The notes: a model not told the origin generated them from the letters alone. 64,000 nucleotides of DNA from an uncultured Chroococcidiopsis sp. (GCA_964248365.1 CAXTYC010000015.1:58290-122289), one strand, 5' to 3'; numbered from the stretch's first letter, positions 10,292 through 19,209 are shown. Numbers and translations are program-made.

Positions 10292-10843
10292 CTAAACAAA
10301 AAGATCGTCCACCCCCATCACCCATCCTGGTACAGCAGGTTCAGCGTCAGCCACCTCACCACGACGATATACTTGCGGCTTTTGGGGGTTGCTAGAACGA
10401 TATACCCTGACAACTTCTTCTTTAAGTACATCTACATCCCATACAACCAAAGTACCAGCAGCAAAGTAATCTAGACGTTTTGCTGCTATAGCCTTTTCTG
10501 CTGCATCGCCGTAGTCATTCTCACTTTTTACCTCGGCTGCAAACACAGGTGCGCCTTCTAAAAACTTCCCCCCCGTAGGTTTACCCATGTAGAATGCTGC
10601 ATCAGGACTAAAAGAACGACGATTTGGTAGATTAACGATAAAACCAACATTATCAGGCAAAGCATAACCCTTATTGGTGCGGCGTTCATACTCGCGCAGA
10701 CTCACATATATTTCACCGCCAGCACGTCCTGGTAAAAAACCTGTAGCCGCCATAATTATTAATTGTCCATTCACAATTTCCGCTTTACCGTCTTCGGGTA
10801 CGCGATATAAATCTTCAATAGTTGCTTCAGTTCTTGTACTCAT
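10292..10843 (-). CDS. Uma2-family (PD-(D/E)XK) endonuclease
   Basis: KAEIVNG, FSPDAAF, AEVKSEND, KRLDYFAAG. Confidence 0.9.
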   Translation of the reverse strand: MSTRTEATIEDLYRVPEDGKAEIVNGQLIIMAATGFLPGRAGGEIYVSLREYERRTNKGYALPDNVGFIVNLPNRRSFSPDAAFYMGKPTGGKFLEGAPVFAAEVKSENDYGDAAEKAIAAKRLDYFAAGTLVVWDVDVLKEEVVRVYRSSNPQKPQVYRRGEVADAEPAVPGWVMGVDDLFV

Positions 10844-10963
10844 AAACACCTGACAATAAATCGGAATTACTTACCTTCAAACTTATGCGATCGCCCCTCT
10901 CTTCTCTTCCCTCTGCGTCCTTTGCGTCTTTGCGGTTCGTTTCTCTTCAAACCGCACTCGCAC

Positions 10964-11533
10964 TCAGCTTGAAAACTGCACATCTTCATACAACAGCGAC
11001 ATAGGAAAGCGAAAATCAACGCTAGTTAAATGCACTTCATCCCCCTCTTCATAGGGATGAAGTTCCCACAAACCTCTGTCATTTAGCCGGAAACACTCTA
11101 CACTAACTTTTTCCGCATCAATTAAAACGTATTCTCTTAAAGTCTGTATTCGACGGTAGTGAGTAAATTTACCGCCTCGGTCATAACCTTCTGTACTAGG
11201 GGATAGCACTTCGACAATTAAACAAGGATACTCAATGAATTTAATCGCTTGTCTATCTCTTTCATCGCAACTCACCATCACATCTGGATAGTGAAATAGT
11301 CCATCCTGGGATACACATACTTTCGCATCTGCCATATAGGTACGACAACCACCCCCTCGCAGGTGGCTTTTTAATGCCGAAGCTAGATTAAGGGCAATGG
11401 TAGTATGGGGAATAGTACCCCCAGTCATCGCAAAAACTTTGCCGTTGACGTACTCGTATTTAAACTCTTGGCGTTCTTCCCATTCCAGGTATTCCTGGGG
11501 AGTCATATAATTTCGGTCTGGACTGGCAATCAT
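10964..11533 (-). CDS. Uma2-family endonuclease
   Basis: [35 protein letters not shown]. Confidence 0.93.
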   Translation of the reverse strand: MIASPDRNYMTPQEYLEWEERQEFKYEYVNGKVFAMTGGTIPHTTIALNLASALKSHLRGGGCRTYMADAKVCVSQDGLFHYPDVMVSCDERDRQAIKFIEYPCLIVEVLSPSTEGYDRGGKFTHYRRIQTLREYVLIDAEKVSVECFRLNDRGLWELHPYEEGDEVHLTSVDFRFPMSLLYEDVQFSS

Positions 11534-11591
11534 AATTTAATACCTTGTGGTCTATAAGAACAATATTTCTAGCAACTCGTCACGGCTTAGA

Positions 11592-11801
11592 CTAGCATGA
11601 GTGGCTACGTCGTTTAGAATAACGATTGCGGATCACTTTAGGACGAATCTGTTCATCAGGGAAATGACAACGTACCGCGTCGCGCAGCATATCTTTAAGA
11701 GTGTCGAGGTCCGAAGCTTGGGTGAAAATTGACTCTCCGAGTGCGCGTGCAATATAGCCACCATCAACATCATCCTCAATCAAAAACACAATTTCACTCA
11801 T
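11592..11801 (-). CDS. HicB-like small protein with atypical C-terminus
   Basis: EIVFLIEDDVDGGYIARALGESIFTQA..L..L..M.RDAV.CHF is a HicB-like N-terminal fold; no hicA seen adjacent. Confidence 0.72.
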   Translation of the reverse strand: MSEIVFLIEDDVDGGYIARALGESIFTQASDLDTLKDMLRDAVRCHFPDEQIRPKVIRNRYSKRRSHSC

Positions 11802-11840
11802 TATTTGTTTCCTTTTTTCTACCTAAGATCGCATTCACCC

Positions 11841-12488
11841 TTAACCGAATGTTTGTAACAACCAGCGATTAATCTCCCCATCGTCTTGTGTTTCACTGCG
11901 TTGTAAAGCGGATTCTACCAGTGCGATCGCTAATCCTGGTAATACCAATGATTCTTGAATTTCACCACTACGTCCTTCGGAAATTTCAAAGGCAATAACG
12001 TCACCAGCTTTAACATCAACTACCCAATATTCCTGCACTTCTGACTGTTCATAAAATAAACGCTTCATTCCCAAATCATCGTTTACAGATGTTGCGCCAA
12101 TTTCGACTACCAACTTTGGCGATTGAAACTCATTCAAATTAATTGGTGTATTTGTTCTTGGTGGCAATTGAAATTCTGAACCGATATAATAAGCTAAATC
12201 AGGTTGAAATTCACCAGCACCAGGTTTACGAAAACTAGCATTAATTAATTCAACAAGTCTGATATTCCTGAGAGTGGCAAATAGTTTAACCACACTAGAA
12301 ATAATTGAATTTTCCCTTGCATGAAGTGGACCAACTGCTGACATTTCAATCCTCATGTAGCCGCGATAGTAATAAAACTTACCTTTTTCGTAATCTGGGT
12401 TGTCTGCCAATGCTAGAAATTCTGACCAGCTTGCTTTCACCCAGGTATCAATTTCTAATGTCTGTGTAGTCAGAGATGAATTAACCAT
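11841..12488 (-). CDS. Uma2-family endonuclease
   Basis: FQPDLAYY, LVVEIGATS..DD...KR..Y, EYWVVD. Start ATG 12488 overlaps the upstream ATPase stop. Confidence 0.9.
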   Translation of the reverse strand: MVNSSLTTQTLEIDTWVKASWSEFLALADNPDYEKGKFYYYRGYMRIEMSAVGPLHARENSIISSVVKLFATLRNIRLVELINASFRKPGAGEFQPDLAYYIGSEFQLPPRTNTPINLNEFQSPKLVVEIGATSVNDDLGMKRLFYEQSEVQEYWVVDVKAGDVIAFEISEGRSGEIQESLVLPGLAIALVESALQRSETQDDGEINRWLLQTFG

Positions 12489-14550
12489 GACGTTCCACCT
12501 CGATAATTTCCGTATATTCAAACTCGTTCGGACTTTGCCTAACTAAAGGATAGCGTCTACCACCTATATCAATAGAATCTTCTTGACAATCTGGTTTAGA
12601 AGAATAGTAAGTAAGCACATATTCCCTACCAATTCTGTTTGCCATTTCTGCTTCTACTTCACCCCGCCACTGTGTCTTAGTGACTAAAACTACCAATTGA
12701 TTCGCTAATTTTGGAATTATATTTGCAATTTGCCGTCGATTAATTTGATCTAAACTACCAAAGGGTGAATCCATTACAATGGGGAATGTGCTACTATCTG
12801 GAACCATCAACATCTTCTTTTCACTCCATTCCCGCACTCTGTCAATGATGCTACCGATAAAAGACAAACTTAGGATTTGATTTTCTCCAGTAGAAGCTGC
12901 AACAGGCATTTCTAAACCCGCTGTATTTTCTACCAATGATAGTTCATATTTATCGGTGATTTTTGGTAGATATGGAGTAAATGAAATCTCCCTAAATATT
13001 TCTTGTACTCGCTTTTCTAACTGCAAGCGAAATTGTTTTTCTTGCCGATACCTTACTTCAGTTAAACGCTCAATAGCATCTCCAGTTGCTGCAATACGCC
13101 TTTGAGCAAGGGTTTGCTTCTCTTCATTCAGCTTTTGCTTGACAATTTGTTTATTCAAGCCTTCAATTTCAGCTTGTAAATTAGTAATCTGCTGCTGATT
13201 TGCTCCTTTGTCTATGTTTAAGTCGCGGATTTTTTCTTCAATTCCATCTAGCCGCTTTTGCAGGTTTCTAATTTCTTCACTGGGATCTTTTCGCAACCGT
13301 TCTTGAATGTTATCTAACTCGGATTCAATTTCAGAAATAGTTTGTCTTAATTGAGCAATTCTGGCTTGCTCTCTATCAACTTCTGACCAAAATACTGGTG
13401 CTTGTTTATCAATTTCATCTACCTGTGCGCTCATGCGAATAGCTGTTTCTTCTACGGCTGAAGAACCTGCTCTATCCAGCCAGTTTCTCACGCGATCGCA
13501 AGATGAGCTACCCTCATGTAAATCAGCACCACAAATACAGCGTTGTTGTGTTAATAACTCACTCACAAATTCTCGTGATATTCCAGCAGTTAACTCGCCT
13601 CGCTGCTTCAAATCATTGACTATTGCTCGAAACTGTGCTGTTGTCTCTGACAATAATACTGTGTAACCTCTAGTTGAAATTGCTCGTTTTAAAGCTTCCT
13701 TACTTTGTTTTAAGTTGTCTTGATTTGACTTTTTTAGCTTTTCTAACTCCTGTCGTCTTGACTGCAATTCCTTCGCAGCACTCAGTTCTCGTAAACGATT
13801 ACTCGTTTCTTTTTTGATTGTCTCTTGATATTCCAACTCTTGACTAATTTCACTTTGTCGGCTATTTATTCGTTCAATTTCTTTTGCGACTTTATCTTGC
13901 TGTTTGAGTAGCTGCTTAGTTTCAGAATCGCCAATTACTTTTAACTCGTTGTCTAAATTTCTCTTCGCTTCTCCCAAATGCTTAATAGCACGATTTAACA
14001 CCTCCACACCTAATAGCATTTTCGTAGCTTCAGCAATTTCAGCTTTTTTATCAGAACGAACGATTTGCTCAATTCGTTCTCCATCAAAGAAGAAATATTG
14101 ATGTAAACTACTTGGTAAAATTTGATTAATTATTTCGTCTGGGTGTTGTGGTGGTAAATACCAGCATCCATCATCCCCAGCTATCTGCATAAATAAGTCA
14201 CTTCTACCCGCCTCAAAGTCACTTTCATTCTTATACACACGACACATCCGCCTCGCACGGTAGCTTTTAGCGTCATGTTCCCAGCCAATCTCTACCCAAC
14301 ATTCTACAGCTTCTCCCGATTTTGCTTCGGCGATCGCGCGTTTATTTACTAGTTGTTCAACCGAAGCAAAAGCTGCACTAAATTTCTCGTACAATACCCA
14401 TGTAAAAGCATTCAACAAGCTCGTTTTTCCAGATCCATTGTTACCGTGAATTACGGTTGTGTTGCTATTGCTTCCCCATGCAAGTATTATCTCTGGTGTC
14501 TTGCCATAAAATGAGCGAAAGTTGCAAAGTTTGAGCGAAGTTAGCTTCAT
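12481..14550 (-). CDS. SMC/Rad50-like ABC ATPase with CxC hook (DndD paralog, PbeC-like)
   Basis: Walker A GNNGSGKTS, FFFDGER, coiled coils with central CICG, ASTGENQ signature, VMDSPFGSLD. Confidence 0.88.
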   Translation of the reverse strand: MKLTSLKLCNFRSFYGKTPEIILAWGSNSNTTVIHGNNGSGKTSLLNAFTWVLYEKFSAAFASVEQLVNKRAIAEAKSGEAVECWVEIGWEHDAKSYRARRMCRVYKNESDFEAGRSDLFMQIAGDDGCWYLPPQHPDEIINQILPSSLHQYFFFDGERIEQIVRSDKKAEIAEATKMLLGVEVLNRAIKHLGEAKRNLDNELKVIGDSETKQLLKQQDKVAKEIERINSRQSEISQELEYQETIKKETSNRLRELSAAKELQSRRQELEKLKKSNQDNLKQSKEALKRAISTRGYTVLLSETTAQFRAIVNDLKQRGELTAGISREFVSELLTQQRCICGADLHEGSSSCDRVRNWLDRAGSSAVEETAIRMSAQVDEIDKQAPVFWSEVDREQARIAQLRQTISEIESELDNIQERLRKDPSEEIRNLQKRLDGIEEKIRDLNIDKGANQQQITNLQAEIEGLNKQIVKQKLNEEKQTLAQRRIAATGDAIERLTEVRYRQEKQFRLQLEKRVQEIFREISFTPYLPKITDKYELSLVENTAGLEMPVAASTGENQILSLSFIGSIIDRVREWSEKKMLMVPDSSTFPIVMDSPFGSLDQINRRQIANIIPKLANQLVVLVTKTQWRGEVEAEMANRIGREYVLTYYSSKPDCQEDSIDIGGRRYPLVRQSPNEFEYTEIIEVERHG

Positions 14551-14720
14551 TGCACAGCTTCCTTGACTATGTTTAAAATATCATCGTTGATATGTCCTTG
14601 GCTTTTCTTATCTAGTCTGCTTTTTTCTATTTGACATACTCGCTCAATAATTTGCTTTACTTCCGGCGGTGCGCTGTTAATTGGCTCCTGCACGTCATGC
14701 ATGATCGATTCATTTGTCAT
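14547..14720 (-). CDS. 57-aa small protein coupled to the CxC ATPase (PbeB-like)
   Basis: Below the ORF-track cutoff: MTNESIMHDVQEPINSAPPEVKQIIERVCQIEKSRLDKKSQGHINDDILNIVKEAVQ*. Its TGA overlaps the ATPase ATG (ATGA). Confidence 0.82.
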   Translation of the reverse strand: MTNESIMHDVQEPINSAPPEVKQIIERVCQIEKSRLDKKSQGHINDDILNIVKEAVQ

Positions 14721-14787
14721 AGCAGTAAAATTAATTGCTATGCATTATTTTATACATTTAAATTACCGCATGACTAGGGTGCGTCTG

Positions 14788-14952
14788 TTGTGTTGCACAG
14801 GTTTATGATGATTGTGTCACGCCTCGACGCAAAGGCGCAAAGCGGAGCCTCTTCGTAGAGTAGGCGCTAAGATACTAAGGGAAACGGGCATAGTTTCTAG
14901 TATCTTTGAGTGAGAATAAGCTCAAAGTTATCTCGCTTATTGTGCAATGTCT
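14788..14952. mobile_element. MITE-like repeat, degenerate copy
   Basis: TTGTGTTGCACA...TGTGCAATGTCT imperfect termini; interior (GATGATTGTGTCACGC...GGCGCTAAG...GAATAA) resembles 17017-17144. Confidence 0.6.
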
Positions 14953-14956
14953 ATTT

Positions 14957-15458
14957 TGTGGCGTTCAAATTCTAATTGAGTGCAAAAAAAAATTTTGTTT
15001 TTTGTCTGCTTGGTGATATTATTAAATTAGCCTAGATGGTTTACTTAATAGTCGGAATATTGGCGTTTATCAAAAATAGATTATATCCCCATTGTTAAAT
15101 AGTACCACAAGAGGGAAAATAATAAAATTAGCAATTACAATTTTTTATTTCGCTGCCAATATCCATAAATTTACATTTAGGTTTCCCCACTACCTCTTGT
15201 TACTCAGAACAAAGGTTAAAAAATTATTTTAAGGTGGGCATGGGTGGCATACTGTACTGTGGTGTTTAAATTGAAAATATTTGCCCAAAAAAATTTTGTT
15301 TTTTAGTCGGCTTGGTGATATTATTAAATTAATCTAGATAGTTTAATTAATAATGGAAATAGCGAGATTTAAAAATTCGGGTCTATATCTCCATTATAAA
15401 ATAATATCATTAAATTCAAAAGTGATCGTGTCGCTCATTACAATTCTTGATTTCGCTG
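14957..15458. repeat. Two diverged ~200-bp non-coding direct repeats (14957-15155 and 15258-15458)
   Basis: Colinear shared blocks AAAAAAATTTTGTTTTTT, GCTTGGTGATATTATTAAATTA, CTAGAT, TATATC.CCATT and ATTACAATT.TT.ATTTCGCTG at ~301-303 bp offset. Confidence 0.85.
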
Positions 15459-15510
15459 AAAATTGAAGCTGTAGGTGGGCAATGCCCACCCTAGGATTAC
15501 TACGATTACT

Positions 15511-16965
15511 TTAAATATCTAACAAACCATATTTTTTCTGTAAATTTAGTAATTTGATTCGGGCTTCTCCGGCGTTGTCTGCCAAATCTGCAAACTCGAC
15601 AAATCGCTTTAACTCTTTACGCAGCAGATTGCGTTCAACTTCCCAAGTTTGTCGATCCAATTCGGGAGGTAAGACAATCATATCGAATAAAGTGGCGCGT
15701 TCTTTGCCTGGTGATGGGCGTAAAATTCTGCCTCGACGTTGCACAAATTGGCGGGGGTTGCTGCTACTTGCAAGAATTACAGCAGTTTGAATTGCTGGAA
15801 TATCTACACCTTCGTCTAAACACCGAATTGCTACTAAACCCTGCAAATCACCCGTTTCAAATTGTCGTCGTAGGTTTTCTCGTTGTGCTAGGGGTGTCTT
15901 TGCCGTATAGGTGTTAACTCGGTAGCCTAGTTCTACACCTAGCATTCTAGCTACAGCTGCAAGTTGGCGATCGCTTTCTTGACTGGTTGCACCCTCGACC
16001 GTACCATCACCACAATAAAATAAAGTGTGGCTAGTATCAAGACGGTTTATCATCAACTCTCGCAAAGCCTGCAATTTGTTTGCTGCTGCACCGATTAATC
16101 TAGCTCTTTGCATCAATAATGGTGTCACATCACCGTTTGCACCTTCTTCTTTTGAGCCAAGTACCCAGCCAATCCTAGTAGTTAATCGAGCATATGCCCC
16201 CGCTTCTGCCTGGGTCAAGTCTACCAGAATTGGGTAATAAAGGTAATGAACTAGCGCCCCTTGGCGGATAGCATCTCCCAAGGTGAGTTCTGGTTGTAAA
16301 ACAGAACCAAAGTAATCGAAGATAAAAGAGGTTCCTTCTTCATCAAAATACCTTTCTGGTGTGGCAGATAAGGCGAGGCGCAGCCCAATTGTACGTGGTA
16401 AACTTTCCTCCAGGCGAGTAGCACCTAAGTTATGTGCTTCATCTCCGATGATTAGGGTTTTGTCGGGGAAATATTTCAGCTGCGACTGAAAGCCTTCGCT
16501 GATCAAGGTAGAATTTGTTGTGATGACTGTGACAAAGGAATTGCTACGCACATTGTACAATGCGGTTGATAATTGACTTTGCCAGTTGCGGACATTTTCA
16601 AAAGCTAAGATTGGCTGTAAACCAAATTTCTCACATTCTCGCGCCCATTGGGTGACTAAGTGCCGATAAGGGCAAACTACCAGCAAGACTTGCAAGCCGA
16701 TTTGTTGGTATAGTTGAGATGCGATCGCCAATGCGGTAATTGTCTTGCCACTACCAGTCGCCATTTTCAGCGTACCTCTACCGTTATTGGCAAACCAGTT
16801 AGCAACTGCTTGTTGTTGGTATTGCCGCAATTGGATAGATGGGGGTATCCTAGGACATCCAGGTAGTGGCAGTCTGGGTACTGAATGGGGCTGATACTTG
16901 CCCTTATTTTCGCCTGCGACTACTAATTTTAAGCTTTGCCGCTTGGCTTGCTGCGTTAAATACAT
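15511..16965 (-). CDS. SF2 DEAD/DEAH helicase of the 'DNA phosphorothioation system restriction enzyme' type (PbeA-like)
   Basis: LRQYQ, MATGSGKT, DEAH, LSATPER, CLDEGVDIP, QFVQRRGRILR. Start set at ATG 16965 (track: 17007). Confidence 0.87.
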   Translation of the reverse strand: MYLTQQAKRQSLKLVVAGENKGKYQPHSVPRLPLPGCPRIPPSIQLRQYQQQAVANWFANNGRGTLKMATGSGKTITALAIASQLYQQIGLQVLLVVCPYRHLVTQWARECEKFGLQPILAFENVRNWQSQLSTALYNVRSNSFVTVITTNSTLISEGFQSQLKYFPDKTLIIGDEAHNLGATRLEESLPRTIGLRLALSATPERYFDEEGTSFIFDYFGSVLQPELTLGDAIRQGALVHYLYYPILVDLTQAEAGAYARLTTRIGWVLGSKEEGANGDVTPLLMQRARLIGAAANKLQALRELMINRLDTSHTLFYCGDGTVEGATSQESDRQLAAVARMLGVELGYRVNTYTAKTPLAQRENLRRQFETGDLQGLVAIRCLDEGVDIPAIQTAVILASSSNPRQFVQRRGRILRPSPGKERATLFDMIVLPPELDRQTWEVERNLLRKELKRFVEFADLADNAGEARIKLLNLQKKYGLLDI

Positions 16966-17016
16966 TATTCGAGACTCACTACAATCTAACTCAAGAACAC
17001 CAGACATCTATATTTT

Positions 17017-17144
17017 TGGCGTTGCACAGATTTAGGATGATAGTGTCACGCAATAGACGCTAAGGCGCTAAGAAAAATTAGTTAGCTTTTAGAATCTTTA
17101 AGCTTGAATAACTAGAAAATCATCACGTTTATTGTGCAACGCCA
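17017..17144. mobile_element. 128-bp MITE-like element with 12-bp terminal inverted repeats
   Basis: TGGCGTTGCACA ... TGTGCAACGCCA perfect inverted termini; related copies at 14788 and ~35541. Confidence 0.7.
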
Positions 17145-17149
17145 CATTT

Positions 17150-17761
17150 TTAGTTACAGTTGCGCCAGACACCGATGAGGGAACCTTGCACCTGCACTTG
17201 TCTAGCCGTAACTTCTATGGGTTTGTACTTGGCATTTGCTGGCTTGAGGGTGACGCGATCGCCTTTACGATAAAAGCGCTTTAAAGTTGTACCATGTCCA
17301 TCTACACGTGCAGCAACAATAGTGCCGTTTTTCACCTGTTCTGGATCTGATATTGGACACATGATCACTACATCACCTTCGGTAATATAGTCTTCGATCA
17401 TGCTGTCACCCATTACCCTTAAGGCAAAAGATTTGGGTGGTAAAAACAAGCTAGAAAAATCCAACTGTTCTACTGCATCTGTAAACGGTTCCACTAAACC
17501 GCCTGCTGCTATAGCACCTAAAACTGGGATACCATGTTGCCTTGCTGGTGGTTGTAAAATCCGAATTGTCCGCGCTTTGCCTTCTGTCCACTCAATATAT
17601 CCTTTAGCGCGTAAATGTTCCAACCGACTTTGAACAGGTGCTGGCGACTTGAGTTGCATCGCTTGCATCATCTGTCGAATTGATGGTGAATGCTGGTACA
17701 GCCGAACATATTCGGCTAGCCAGTCATAGAGTTCTTGTTGAGCTGTTGTCAGGGGTTCCAT
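17150..17761 (-). CDS. lexA: SOS repressor LexA
   Basis: N-terminal HTH (PSIRQM...SPAPVQSRL), IAAG cleavage site, GDSM Ser and TLKRF Lys; ATG 17761. Confidence 0.96.
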   Translation of the reverse strand: MEPLTTAQQELYDWLAEYVRLYQHSPSIRQMMQAMQLKSPAPVQSRLEHLRAKGYIEWTEGKARTIRILQPPARQHGIPVLGAIAAGGLVEPFTDAVEQLDFSSLFLPPKSFALRVMGDSMIEDYITEGDVVIMCPISDPEQVKNGTIVAARVDGHGTTLKRFYRKGDRVTLKPANAKYKPIEVTARQVQVQGSLIGVWRNCN

Positions 17762-17792
17762 AATTTGTAGTGATTTTCTCACTAACCTACAT

Positions 17793-17806
17793 AGAACATT
17801 CGTACT
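17793..17806. promoter_or_regulatory. LexA box upstream of lexA (autoregulation)
   Basis: Minus strand AGTACGAATGTTCT matches the cyanobacterial consensus RGTACNNNDGTWCB, ~30 bp before the start. Confidence 0.85.
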
Positions 17807-17951
17807 ACATAAATGCCCCTGATGGCAAAAAAATTATTAATCAAGCAGTCAGAATTCAGGAGTCAGGAGTCACAATTGTGAATATTTGTTTTCTTATTTC
17901 CCCTTGTCCCCTTGTTTCCTTGTCCCTAGCCCCGCGCTTCCTCTGGTTCCC

Positions 17952-18872
17952 CTAGCCCCCAGCCCCTAGTAAACTTGCCAATAAAGCTTTTTGGGCGTGC
18001 ATTCTATTTTCTGCCTGATCCCATACTCTTGATTGGGAGCCTTCGATCGCCTCATGGGTGATTTCTTCACCACGATGGGCTGGTAAACAGTGTAAAACAA
18101 TTGCCTCCCGATCTGCAATACTCAAAAGTTGTTCGTTTACTTGGTAGGGTTGAAAGATGGGAATACGGGAATTTGCTTCTGCTTCTTGTCCCATACTTGC
18201 CCAAACATCAGTATAAATTACATTAGCTCCTTTAGCAGCAACTTCGGGTTCTTCGGTTACAATTACCTCTGTTTGGGGAAGGGCGATCGCTTTTGCTTTC
18301 TCAACCATCGCTGCATCCGGTTTAAATTCGGCAGGTGTAGCAATTCTGACATTCATTCCTACCAATGCACAGCCTAATAGCAAAGAATGAGCGACGTTAT
18401 TACCATCACCCAAATATGTTAATGTCAAGCCTGCCAGACTGCCAAAACACTCTTGGATTGTGAGTAAATCTGCCAAAATCTGACAAGGATGCTCTAAATC
18501 AGTCAAAGCATTCACTACAGGAATTTTGGCATAGTGAGCAAAGGTTTCTAATTGCTGCTGCTCAAACGTGCGAATCGCTAAAATATCTAAATATCGATCT
18601 AAAACTCGCGCTGTGTCTTCGACTGGTTCGCCGCGACTCACTTGGGTGGTACTGGTATTAAGATCGATCACTTGTCCACCTAGCCCGTACATTGCTACGG
18701 AAAAACTCACTCTGGTACGAGTGGAAGCTTTGTAAAACAATAGCCCTAAAACTTTATTGCATCGTAGGTTCAATCCTGATTTCAAATCTGCTGCTAATTG
18801 CAGCAGTTCTTGAACTTCCTCTGCGCTCAGATCTGCCAGACTTAATAAATCTCTTCCCTTCAATGCTGCCAT
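17952..18872 (-). CDS. argF: Ornithine carbamoyltransferase
   Basis: STRTR, HPCQ, YTDVWASMG and HCLP motifs; ATG 18872. Confidence 0.96.
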   Translation of the reverse strand: MAALKGRDLLSLADLSAEEVQELLQLAADLKSGLNLRCNKVLGLLFYKASTRTRVSFSVAMYGLGGQVIDLNTSTTQVSRGEPVEDTARVLDRYLDILAIRTFEQQQLETFAHYAKIPVVNALTDLEHPCQILADLLTIQECFGSLAGLTLTYLGDGNNVAHSLLLGCALVGMNVRIATPAEFKPDAAMVEKAKAIALPQTEVIVTEEPEVAAKGANVIYTDVWASMGQEAEANSRIPIFQPYQVNEQLLSIADREAIVLHCLPAHRGEEITHEAIEGSQSRVWDQAENRMHAQKALLASLLGAGG

Positions 18873-19209
18873 GCTTGTCAGTAAACAGTGAAGAACAATG
18901 CACGAAATGAAAATTCTCACAGCAAGATTTTGCTGTGTTTAGCTAGCTGTGTCACAAAAATTCTGATTTTAAGACAGTAGCAGATTTTTTGAAGTTAGCA
19001 CAGTCGGAAAATGTGGATTTGCTGACTTTAGCGATCGCAAGATATGAACCGCAAAGACGCAAAGAGCGCAAAGGAAGAAATACAAAGAAATGTTAGCTTT
19101 TGCTAATGTCATAAATCAGTATTACTGAGTATGGCTTTTCTCTAGTCACTGGTTCCACCCGTTTAAAGCTTGCCAAAACATCTGTGTATGTGCTAATATA
19201 GTTAATTGT

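Noticed and set aside
14957..15458. The 200-bp repeats as duplicated small genes
   Set aside because: No shared open frame found; copies differ by small indels and are stop-rich.
802..17007. Absence of dndA as a sign the PT system is dead
   Set aside because: IscS-type cysteine desulfurases encoded elsewhere commonly replace DndA; dndCDE look intact.
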